A stretch of DNA of 64,000 nucleotides from Amoebidium appalachense (taxonomy: Eukaryota > Protista > Ichthyosporea): NCBI GenBank assembly GCA_963693365.1, contig CAVNZM010000011.1, positions 7,925,937 to 7,989,936 of the forward strand, in the 5' to 3' direction. The position numbers and the translations under genes were made by a program. The notes under the pieces were generated by a model. It searched no databases and was not told where the DNA came from. It saw nothing but the letters and a program-made list of their open reading frames with translations. Below, in pieces: positions 10,704 to 21,269 of this stretch. The number at the start of each line of letters is the position of its first letter. Positions within the stretch are counted from its first letter, which is position 1.

Positions 10704-12737
10704 ATGGCCAAAACATTAGACCCAATAGAGTCACTTTATTCTGGAGCTCGTGTCTGTTGTTTTGCATACATATTTGACGGGGTTCAGGGGGAAGATTTCA
10801 CAGATGACACCACACGTTGGTCTTACAAGAAGTTCGGCCTGAGTTGGGACACACAAATACTGGTTGGCACAGTAGTGAAACGATGCAAGACAAACGAAGG
10901 CAGTGAATGGAAAGTAAAGTTTGATTTTGACGGTACCACAGAAGTAGTTCTGCGCCATCAGCTAACTTTAATAGATGAAGAAGACAGTGAACACACAAGT
11001 AGCGAGCTAGAGAGTGATAGTGACGAAGATCCAGATGGAGACATCCAACAAGTAGAGATTCCTGTCACAGACAGTGAGAATGAAGATGAGATAGAACTTG
11101 TAGATGAACAAGTAGAGTTACCTACCCCCACCGACCCCACGTGCACCTTGCAATGGACCATTCCAGATGAGCAAGTACTTGACAAAAGAACAGGCCCACG
11201 CAGAAAACCAACCATTCCACTAGCACTAAACAAGCGCAAGAGTGTTCTGTGTTTGTTTGAACACTTCATGCCTATGGAGTATCTCTTCACAGCAGTCATT
11301 CCACTCACAAACGAAGTAGGTCGTGCACGTTACAAAAATTGGGTTGACTTAACCCCGGGTGAGCTACTTAGGTGGTTGGGTATGTGGATTTACATGGCTG
11401 GAACATTCGAACCCGGCTCGAGATCGAACTACTGGACGTCGGCAGCAGAGAACCCAAGCCACATATTTCCCGTACACGACTTTGCCCGCTTCATGACCGA
11501 ACACCGGTTCGAAAACATCCGTGCCTGCTTTACCGTCACCGACATCACTCAATATCCGGAGGATGATCCACTGAAAGACACACGCGGTTTCATGGAAGCA
11601 CTGCAGAGTCGGTGCCGTTGCTCTATCGAGCCCGGGGATGAATTATGCGAAGACGAGGCCATCTTTGCCAGCTATCATTGCAACCTTCCGTGCCAAATCT
11701 ATATAAAACGAAAACCCCACCCTCTCGGTCAAGAAATAAAAACTCTACACGACTGTGTAACCAACATACTCATTAACTTCGAAATGAACGAGGGGAAGCT
11801 TAGGATGGCAAGCAAACCGTACCGACAGTTGGGAGCTGGAACAGGCACCACCTTGCGTCTTCTAACCCCAAGGGCCAACCCCACCCACCGTAACCCCAGA
11901 ACGATCGTCGGAGACAGCTGGTTTGGGTCAGTAACCGGGACAAGGGAAGTGTACAAAATCGGATTCTACGCACTTTTCAATGTCAAAACCGCAACCAGAG
12001 ACTTTCCCCTCAACATGTTGGACCTTCTATGTGAGGAAGGACGTGGTGTATGGTCGGAGGCAGTGTGCAGTGTGGACGGAGTAGACCTCGTTGCGGTGTT
12101 ATGGAGAAACAAGAACTACAGTATGAAAGTGATCACCTCATGTTCAAGTACTCAGCCGGGTCAACCGAGAAAATCACGAAACGGAAATGACGTCCCCCAA
12201 CCGAAAGCAGTCGAAGAATACTTCGAAAACTACAACATGGCCGATATATTCAACAAAACACGAATGTTAAACGGCTCTGTGGACGAAGCCTTGGGCACTA
12301 AACGTCACCAACTCCGCACCTTTGGGGGGCTTCTGGGGTTTGTAGTAGCAAACGTACACTTTGCATACAGATACTTTGGCAAATCCACAAACACGAGCAT
12401 GGACACAAGGCGTGAGCTAGCAGAAGCACTCATATGCAACCCCCACCTGCCTGCACTAGAATACCCCCTTCCCCCTGCTGCTCCTGCCCCCCATGCTCTA
12501 CACGGACACCAGCGTGCCAGAAAAGAAAGAAAAGGTAGATGCGTTCTCTGCTTTAGGAACAAAGGGGAACGCCACCAGACACATACCTACTGCATCAAGT
12601 GTAATGTGTTTCTCTGCAATGATCAAACACGTGCATGCTTCGAAAACCACATCACACATGGTGTTCCTCCACGCACACGCACCCAAGTCAACACAAACAC
12701 AGGCCCGGTACGATCACGCAGAAACACTACACGTTAA
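10704..12737 (+). CDS. piggyBac-like DDD transposase, intact (677 aa)
   Basis: Motifs ELLRWLGMWIYM, MTEHRFENIR, PGDELCEDEAI, YIKRKPHPLG, TIVGDSWFGSV, YNMADIFN and a C-terminal Cys-rich domain (RCVLC...YCIKCNVFLC...CFENH). Acidic N-terminal linker. Element ends not found. Confidence 0.93.
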   Translation: MAKTLDPIESLYSGARVCCFAYIFDGVQGEDFTDDTTRWSYKKFGLSWDTQILVGTVVKRCKTNEGSEWKVKFDFDGTTEVVLRHQLTLIDEEDSEHTSSELESDSDEDPDGDIQQVEIPVTDSENEDEIELVDEQVELPTPTDPTCTLQWTIPDEQVLDKRTGPRRKPTIPLALNKRKSVLCLFEHFMPMEYLFTAVIPLTNEVGRARYKNWVDLTPGELLRWLGMWIYMAGTFEPGSRSNYWTSAAENPSHIFPVHDFARFMTEHRFENIRACFTVTDITQYPEDDPLKDTRGFMEALQSRCRCSIEPGDELCEDEAIFASYHCNLPCQIYIKRKPHPLGQEIKTLHDCVTNILINFEMNEGKLRMASKPYRQLGAGTGTTLRLLTPRANPTHRNPRTIVGDSWFGSVTGTREVYKIGFYALFNVKTATRDFPLNMLDLLCEEGRGVWSEAVCSVDGVDLVAVLWRNKNYSMKVITSCSSTQPGQPRKSRNGNDVPQPKAVEEYFENYNMADIFNKTRMLNGSVDEALGTKRHQLRTFGGLLGFVVANVHFAYRYFGKSTNTSMDTRRELAEALICNPHLPALEYPLPPAAPAPHALHGHQRARKERKGRCVLCFRNKGERHQTHTYCIKCNVFLCNDQTRACFENHITHGVPPRTRTQVNTNTGPVRSRRNTTR

Positions 12738-13621
12738 AGTACCTTCTGCCCACTGGTCAGTTTCTGTACATTGCGCAACACTCATTTGTCGTTTTCGGAT
12801 TAGGGGTGATTTGTTTGGTTTTTATTCGTTTCTTCGAAACTGTTTGTGGTAACTAGATGCTAAAAGGGTTATTTGAAGTGTGTGTACCGAAAAAAACGAA
12901 TTTGAAAGCTGATGTCAATGTTTCTCAAACGAAAAATGCACCTGTGGTGCAAAAGCAACAACGTGAACGTTTAAAGTATGCATCTTTGGCACGCATTTGT
13001 AACAAGTTTGACGTTTTTCTTGGCTCAGGCCTATGGCCTCCCGGTGCCAGAACCCGTAAAGTGCAAAATAAGCCATACCAACAAGCATTCCGAGAAATTA
13101 TTGTAGTCATGGGGTGCGCAAACACTACAAAGTTCTCCGTAAATTGAAGCTCAAAATCGTTGAATGCCTACCATTACTTACTAAGCCACTACCCCGCCAA
13201 GAATTTTTCTACGGTTTTTTTGTGATGTGCTTGTTCCCTGTCACGTTAGGGTAAAATGGTGAGAAAAAGAGAGTAACACGTGCAAAACTGACCCTGCGCC
13301 AGGCGTTTTTATATGATGACGTCATACAGTACTCTGGTTGGAGCATTTATCGATTCAGGTCGGATCAGAAATCTACGATATCCGGCGAGCATGTTTGTAT
13401 GTCGTAGTCCACATGTCGACGATATTATGTATCGTCTTACGACCGTTTGTACCGTACGATATATCGTTTTACGACAGTAATATGGATGGTATTGTTACAG
13501 TCTTGGGGATGGCCCATGGATATACATAAGGCGTGTTATGGATTATGTTTGGACATCTTTATTACACCTACTAGACATGTGAACCACCGAAAGGTGGATA
13601 CTACAAGATGGATACATTTGC

Positions 13622-13902
13622 ACGGTTAATAACGTGCAGGGGATTGATGGGGGCCCAACCAAATTTTGCATTAGGCAGTGTCTCTGTGTGGGTGATGTAA
13701 CAAAACCGGTCGGACTGTCCCCCCATTTCTGTGGGAAAAGTTATTGACCGTTGTACGTCCATATTATGCAAAATGCGCTGTAATACATAGGGAAAGGGGG
13801 GGGGATTCAACGGTTAATAACGTGCAGGGGATTGTTGGGAGCACAACCAAACTTTGCATTAGGCAGTTTCTCTGTGTGGGGGGTCTAACAAAACCGGTCG
13901 GA
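13622..13902. repeat. ~90-bp imperfect direct repeat, two copies ~188 bp apart
   Basis: ACGGTTAATAACGTGCAGGGGATTG...AACAAAACCGGTCGGA at ~13622 and ~13810. Confidence 0.85.
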
Positions 13903-14020
13903 ATGGGGGGATATCACCACTTTCATTCCGCGGCCACCTGATGAGCCTCATCCGCTTTCCATGAGGCGTGCAAAAACAAATTCACATGTCAGTTGCGCCC
14001 GTTAGATAATCTCCTTGTGA

Positions 14021-14339
14021 TCATTATGATGACCGTATGGATTTTGGTATGTGATCACTATAATGATCGTATGAGGCATAGAATGAGATCATTATGATGA
14101 TCGTATGGGGGTATAACTAGCGATCCTTATGGTGGTCGTATGGGGCATATAATGTTATAATGATCGTATGGGGGTATAATTAGCGATCCTTATGGTGGTC
14201 GTATGGGGCTTCTATAAAAAACCACTCCGGGGGTCATTCATTCCCAGGACACCCCTACCCCCCAATATATATATATATATATAGTATACTATATATATAT
14301 ACATAAAACTATTGTACTTATACATTATAAAAACCCCAA

Positions 14340-14385
<46 letters not shown>

Positions 14386-14452
14386 ATATATATACTATAT
14401 GATATATATATATATACACATAAAACTATTGTACTTATACATTATAAAAACA
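14021..14452. repeat. Degenerate GATCGTATGGGG tandem repeats, followed by (TA)n blocks with a duplicated ~33-bp flank
   Basis: Visible periodicity at 14021-14210. ACATAAAACTATTGTACTTATACATTATAAAAA at ~14301 and ~14418. Confidence 0.8.
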
Positions 14453-14919
14453 GTATTTATTATTGCAGAATTCGCCGTTTCTTATTAGTTTACAGACGTC
14501 GGAAACCTCATATTAAGATGCTCAGAATCGCCTTCACAGTATGCTTTGTTTTCGACGTCGACGATACCCATCATGTTAGCCTACACAGTATACATACGTA
14601 GAACAGGCTTACGACGTCCATAGCACATCTATAGCATTGGAATAGGTGCTACATTTGGTTAATGGACGGTGTAAACGCATGCACAGAATGTCCATAGGAT
14701 GACGTTGGCATATACACATGAGGGTCGAGAAATCAGTGGACCTCTTTATTACCCTGTAACATGCTTGTCGACGTCGACGATGGGTTTTCAGCTTTTCCAT
14801 CCATTAAAATGTCGAGGGTACCAAACGCAGCCACTCAGGTATCGTAAACTACTCCGAACCCGTCGTCGACGTCGTAGAGGGGTTTCCGATGGGGGGGGAA
14901 GATTGCTGATGAGTGCCCT

Positions 14920-17900
14920 CCCGAGAATTGTGGCCTGTGTCAGTTTGCAATGTTAGCAATAAAATTTACCATGCCCGGTGGTGTGTCTGTGAAGATGAGA
15001 ATACGGTGGGTGAAGTCAGGCTGAATTAACGGTGATAGGCTCTTTGCACAAAGTGCCAGACTGTGTTTGTTTGTGTGTGTTTTTTTTTTTTTGGGGGGGC
15101 GGGCGGGGGGTAGGTACCACGTGGTTTCCTCCAGCAGCAGTCCACATGTAGTCGCACGTTGCAGTATTGTCCTCCATGTGCCTCCGGTCCCTTGTCTTTG
15201 CATGTGCACTCTGCCTTCATCATGTTTAACACGTGTTGCTTCTCCTCAGGTTATGCACTGTTTTTGAGTCTCTCCCACACATCCTTCTCATGCTCTCGGT
15301 ATGTGTCCTCGTGCATGGGCTGTTGGTTGGTAGCGATGCAAAAGCGCCTATAGGTTGCAAAGTTACCTCCTGCATGTAGACCGTCAGCTGTCAAAACTTT
15401 GCCGGGACATGGCTTTCTTTCTTAGGGGTGGGGGCGGCCTTTCTGTAAAACGTTATGGGGAGGGGGGGGGGGGGGGTCACCTTGCAGAAGTGTCCCGTAA
15501 GCCACCATGCGATGCACCTCCAATTTTTGGGAGGCCTCACCAGTGCTCTCCTGCACTGTCGGGGACGTCTTCCACACTAAGTATGCGTCGTCCTGATCGC
15601 ACTTGCACGCGAACAGTAAAGACCGGCGTTGGTCGTCCCACCCGTGGTAGTCGTACTCTCCGGTGCACTTGGAGCAGAGCATGCCCTCCACCTGTGAGAT
15701 GATGAGATCCACACTTTGCAGTGCATAGTTTGGCCGAAGGGTTTTTAGTTCCTTACAGCCTACAAAGTCAGCAGCCTCACGTATCAGCTGCCGGACTTGT
15801 GTTGTGCGGTGTTTGCGGGGGCCTTGGTGGACATGTTCGGTGGTTGGAGGGATAGGCTCAGTGTCAGACTCCAGTTCCAGCTCCGACTCGCTCCCACACT
15901 CGCCAGGGTCCCTGTCCCATCCCACTGACCGTACATCATCTGGCTCACCAAATGATCCAGTCTCGAGAAGATGATCCTCCAGACTGCCGACACTTGTGCA
16001 TACGTCCAACTCAGGGTCGTAGTCCGGGTCTTCGTCGTCACTCTGGGCGTAGGAGGTATCCCATGCAAAACTGGGCCGTGTCTGTGCCTCGTTTGTTTTC
16101 TGTTTATGTGGGTTTTTATCTTCAGCAGTGTGCTGCGAAGCATCACTGCCTTGATGACCCCTAGCCACTGGCTCTGGCACTGGCTCTGGCACTGGTGCAC
16201 GCTTATTGCCTTCAGGCTCATCCTGCAGTGCACTTGCTGCTGCCAATACAGCCATGATTGGTTCCGTGTCTTCCGGCCGAAGTCGTTTGGGCGATTGTGG
16301 TGGTGAGTGGTCATCATCACAGCTTCTGCAGCAGTGGGTGCAGTGGATGTAAACAACTGTACACATGAACTGTACATGTTTACTAAAGAATGTGATCTAC
16401 TAGCACACAATTCGTTCTTTGTCATGAATATCACATAAATATTATGTCCACACCAATAGGAATCAATCTTACCTAAGAAATGAACCATGTATGATTCTAC
16501 CGCTGCATACCACATAAACGAAGTGAACCAATAAGATGTTTGCATAAATAGGACGAAGGTCTGACTGGCTTGGACCGCACCAGAATCACGAATGGCATGT
16601 TGCCACCCGCGCTGGCCGCGGATGAAGCAATCCTGGGCCTTGATCCGAAACCTGGGGGCTATATAACAAAGCCGTCCCAGTACGGGGATCACATCAGTGA
16701 AGTCTGAGACAGACTGAGTCGGCCCATAGTAAAAGCAACCTGGCCGCGTGTGCCTTTCTACCCGTTCTCTGTCTTTATTTTGATTCAGTTGTACTCTGCC
16801 TTATCCTAACTAGTCCAACTGTTTACATTGGCGACCGCGCAGTTCAAGAATCTCGCATCCTTCGAATCTCACATCTTTCAATCAGCTCAAGAATCTCACA
16901 TCTTTCAATTACCCCAAGAATCTGCCATGGCCGATCACAAATCCTTTTTACCACGATGATAGGTACATCTTTCCTTGTCCGACTTAGAATATATACACCG
17001 ACAAGTTTGAAGTGGCCAGCCCACCTACACGGAAAGAATTGAAAGCATGTAAAACGGCTTTTGCTACGACACAAAAAAAATGTGAAGAAAAACGAATACA
17101 CAACGAAACAACGAATACACGAACAAACGAATAAAGAATTGCTAACGAAGCAATGAACCAACGAAAAACGAACCATCACGAATACACAATGAAATAAAGA
17201 ATTAACGACAAACGAATGCATAGAGGAAATACGAAATGAATGCAACACGAAAACAAAACGAAGTAACGAAGTTATCAAACGACAAAAAACGAAAAACGAA
17301 AGCAAAATGAAATGGAAATACGAAAATGAAAGAACGAATGCACAACACTGCTTGGGTTGCAATGCACACAGCCCCCTCTATGTTACGAAGAAAAGAAAAC
17401 CGTTGCCCTTGTGTGCATTGCGCTATTGCACACTGTCATCGTGTCCATGCCACCGCATGCACCTCCACACTCGCAAGCCAGATGCACGGCCACTTTCAGC
17501 ACGAATGCATTTAAAGAAGAAGATAGTCGCTGTTCCTATAGCATTGAGGACATAAGGTGCTGTGAAAGTAGTTTTGCATGCATGCTTCGAATTTCTTGCT
17601 GTTTTCGAATACAGCATGCCCCATAGTTTAGCGCACAGGATGCACAACATGCGCATGAATGTATGCTGGCATGCCTAAACACATTACGAACATATGCCTC
17701 ATGTATGGCGGCCCTTCCTGGTGCCACGCCCTAACGAATTTGCACTCTTGGTGCACAAAAGGCATGTAATAAAGTCGATGCAGAACTTTTGTTCATGCAT
17801 GTGAAAAACAAAGAAGGTGTTGGGTACGAATTTTAAGGTGAATGCCCGTCTGTGGCAATACTGTGTAACATACCAATTACAATGTCAAGCCTTGCACTAG

Positions 17901-20360
17901 CTGCCGGCACACCCCCACCAGAACAAAAGAATGTGGTATGGGCACCGTTCCCTCACAACCCCAGCATACAGTGTCAGTATTTTGGCTGGAAGCCTTTCAG
18001 TTTCGAATTACGAATACCCTCCTTCACTACTGAAGAAAGTGACGTGGAAGACGAATACGAATACGAATGCAAGGTGTTGTTGACTAACACATCGGACCAT
18101 CATGTGTACCTAGGCCCTGGTACGGAGGTGACCATGTTATTCCCTTGCAATATGATGACACTGTAACAATTTAGCACGTGCATACCCCACCAATGGGCAC
18201 ATGCGGGAGACAACCCCACAAGCTGCCTTATTGGGCACCTCTGCTAAAACGAATATTCTTCTCACGAAGGAACAGAAGAATGCCACGAACACGAACCACA
18301 CACCCCCCAGGCAGCTACTTACGTCTGATGTATGAAAGTAGTAGGTGTGTGAATTGGGTAACTCCATGAACACCAACACGAAAGAAAGCACAGCACAAAG
18401 CAGTTCCACGAACACGAATGGTTTTGGTTTTCCACACAACGAACAGAACCAACAGTAGGGCCACCTACAAATGAAGCAGAGGATGGGGCACCATCCAGAC
18501 CTGCACTGGAGGATATGAAAACACGAAGCGCGCTCACGAAGTTGCTTACAAAAGAAAGGGCGACTGTGACGACTTTTCTTTTTAGGCCAAGCCTCCAGAA
18601 GAATGTATTATGCCTGGAATCCCCCTGCTCAACGAAAATGGCTGGCAAATGGGATACGAAAACTGCTCACGAATGGAAGCATGTGTTTTCTGAAGAAGGT
18701 TTGCTTTGCCTACCCTCTTCTTATGAATTATGAACCGGGTTTTTACTGGTTCGAATTCTGACGGGCTGATATATTTCTTTATGTCGCCCAACGAAGAACA
18801 CTTGGGGCATTTTTATTCATGTTTTTCCCAGCTCCGATGATGCAGGGTTAAAGCTGAAAGGAAAGAAGTGCTATTTGTTCATGAAAGAAGTGGCTTTTCT
18901 GGCCATGGCGACTCGCCTTACAGTCTTAAGGTAGAACCGGGATAAGGAGCAGCGGCTAAGCCTTGAAGCTATCCACCACTACCTGAGCTACGAAGTGACC
19001 TAAGGCTTGAGTTATATTCATTATCGAATGTTTGGTATGATCATTCATCCACACAACCAAATTACTCGCAATTGAAAACGAATCTGCGGGAGTTTCCTAA
19101 AAAGGAAAAACACCTAAAAAAGGAAAATATTACTTCTACAGAAAAAGCCAAGCACAGAGACGAAGCGAACAATTCGCACGCACACTCTGCAACAATCTTC
19201 GCCACGAAAATGAAAACACAGAAGAATGCTGCATGAATTTGTGTTTTGGCAAATGAAGAAGTGCTCATAGACGTGCACAACTCTATTCCACCGTCCTTGC
19301 TCTGTTCTGTCCAGCAGCTCGGCACACACAAGAATTCTCGCTGAAGGTTGTTTATCGCCTCTCAGCCTGGTGGTTTGCTTGTCTAACGACACCACCAGGC
19401 TCCCGACAAGGGGGGGAGTGTAAACAACTGTACACATGAACTGTACATGTTTACTAAAGAATGTGATCTACTAGCACACAATTCGTTCTTTGTCATGAAT
19501 ATCACATAAATATTATGTCCACACCAATAGGAATCAATCTTACCTAAGAAATGAACCATGTATGATTCTACCGCTGCATACCACATAAACGAAGTGAACC
19601 AATAAGATGTTTGCATAAATAGGACGAAGGTCTGACTGGCTTGGACCGCACCAGAATCACGAATGGCATGTTGCCACCCGCGCTGGCCGCGGATGAAGCA
19701 ATCCTGGGCCTTGATCCGAAACCTGGGGGCTATATAACAAAGCCGTCCCAGTACGGGGATCACATCAGTGAAGTCTGAGACAGACTGAGTCGGCCCATAG
19801 TAAAAGCAACCTGGCCGCGTGTGCCTTTCTACCCGTTCTCTGTCTTTATTTTGATTCAGTTGTACTCTGCCTTATCCTAACTAGTCCAACTGTTTACAGT
19901 GGACTTCAGGTTTGCACTGACATGCGCAGCCAGCGACCGCCGGCGTTCCTGACGTTCCTTGCGTTTGATTTCATTTGAAGCTGCAAGATGGGGTGGATAC
20001 ACTCCCTTCAAAGGCTTCTTTCGCTTCGCCATTTTTTATTTAGGGCAGCACCTGTACTTCCGGCAGGTACACAAAAACCAGGGAATGAAAACAGAGTCAT
20101 GTTTGAAGAACAACACCACTGGCACACGCATGATCCCGTGGCATAGCAATAGCCAATCATCGCATATCTAATAAAGCTCTGCCTTATGGTTGGGTTGCAA
20201 TCACCATGCTTTGTGCCTTCCCGCCAAAATGGTGCCTCTAGCCAATCACAATCAATTGAGAAACATTAGCATGATCTAAAGGATTTTAGCGGTTTAGCAA
20301 CAAAATGCCGCCCTCTGATTGGATCGGAGGCCAATTATGATTTTGACTCTATTCCCCGCC
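14920..20360 (-). mobile_element. Intron-containing DDE DNA transposon (Kolobok-like / PF20700-type Mutator-like), pseudogenised, 3'-truncated and interrupted by an LTR element
   Basis: Exons read MAKRKKPLKG (~20032), then CSKC...FACKCD...WKTS...EVHRMVAYGTLLQG (15480-15790), then PMHEDTYREHEKDVW...VRLHVDCCWRKPRG (15118-15320), matching the vs.DgtWqkRG first-catalytic-Asp motif. Internal stop present. The 5' end reads TTAA|GGCGGGG at 20364-20354, the Kolobok TTAA+RR pattern. Confidence 0.65.
16348..19898 (+). mobile_element. Non-autonomous Gypsy-derived LTR retrotransposon
   Basis: 480-bp LTRs at 16348-16827 and 19419-19898 (TGTAAACA...TGTTTACA), apparently identical. TSD GTGGA. PBS TGGCGACCGCGCAG at 16829 (tRNA-Arg-like). 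[14 protein letters not shown] before 19419. The interior holds only degraded pol remnants (~18720-19235). Confidence 0.95.
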
Positions 20361-20802
20361 TTAAATCTACCAAAATGGAATTTTTGCTGCACATCAACCA
20401 ATGAAAATTTTCACAAGTGGCTAAAACCCCTAGATCACAAAGACCAAATCAATTGCCGCCCATTTCGGATTAGATATAACTCAAACTCATCAATATATCC
20501 ATATGGCATATCCCACAGAACATAAAAACAGCCACAGCTCCCTAAATAAAAATGCTAGCAGCCTGAAACTTTGCACACACATCAAACACACCAAGGCCTA
20601 CAACATGCTATTACTACAAATTTTACAGCACACTCGCAACACACAATTTCACTCCAACGGGGCTATCTAATTCTCCTGCAAAGAAAACACGTTTACAAAC
20701 TAAATATTCTTATGCCAACGTCTTCTTTACCAGCCCCAGCAGGGGGATACATGAGCCGGTGCCTGTGGATCAATCTCACAAGCAGGCACAGGTGTGCTCC
20801 AC
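20361..20802 (-). repeat. B1 and A2 terminal repeats of a Ngaro-like element
   Basis: B = 20706-20802. The B/A junction CAAAGAAAACACGTTTACAAACTAAATATTCTTATGCC resembles the junction at 22498-22537. 20361-20482 has a diverged inverted copy at ~23970-24097. Confidence 0.65.
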
Positions 20803-20808
20803 CACTCC

Positions 20809-21240
20809 CTATCTGGCACGGGAAGGAACGAACCATGCCGTGGGTGACTGACGCAGCGCTGCAGCCCGGGCAAGGAGCGACGCAGGCACCCGAATAGAAA
20901 GAACAAGAGACTGGCCAGCCTGCACATACCGGCGGAGGGAGGCATGCGATCTCCACCGACCACGCAGAGCAATCGTCTCTACCGAAACACCCCTGACGTA
21001 GTATCTCGAGGCACCACCATGGCGAAGACTGTGAAGATGGAACCCATACTCGTTGAGGCCGAGGGAGTCACATGCCGCTTGGAACTTGGCACGCAGAACA
21101 TCATACGAGAAAGGAAACAGCCGCGCAGAAGGGGGGGCACCACGGAACCAGAAAGACAGGATGGCCAACAGGGACGGAAAAACAGATACGAAAACTGCTT
21201 AAGAAATAGAAGCATGTGTTCTCTGCACACGACAACGACT
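20809..21240 (-). pseudogene. C-terminal part of a tyrosine recombinase of a DIRS/Ngaro-like element
   Basis: ORF 20809-21168 has HSLRHGGAS (HxxR), RGRWRS and SLRRY (catalytic Tyr); N-terminus truncated. Confidence 0.88.
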
Positions 21241-21269
21241 TTGGTTTGAGTACCTTAGACGAACTGTTG

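Noticed and set aside
5868-13345. piggyBac terminal inverted repeats with TTAA TSD
   Set aside because: Only weak inverted similarity between ~5905-5955 and ~13235-13285, and no TTAA-CCC ends; boundaries left uncalled.
15784-19763. ORFs 15784-16692 and 19383-19763 as genes
   Set aside because: Both are antisense read-through of the identical LTRs with no recognisable domain.
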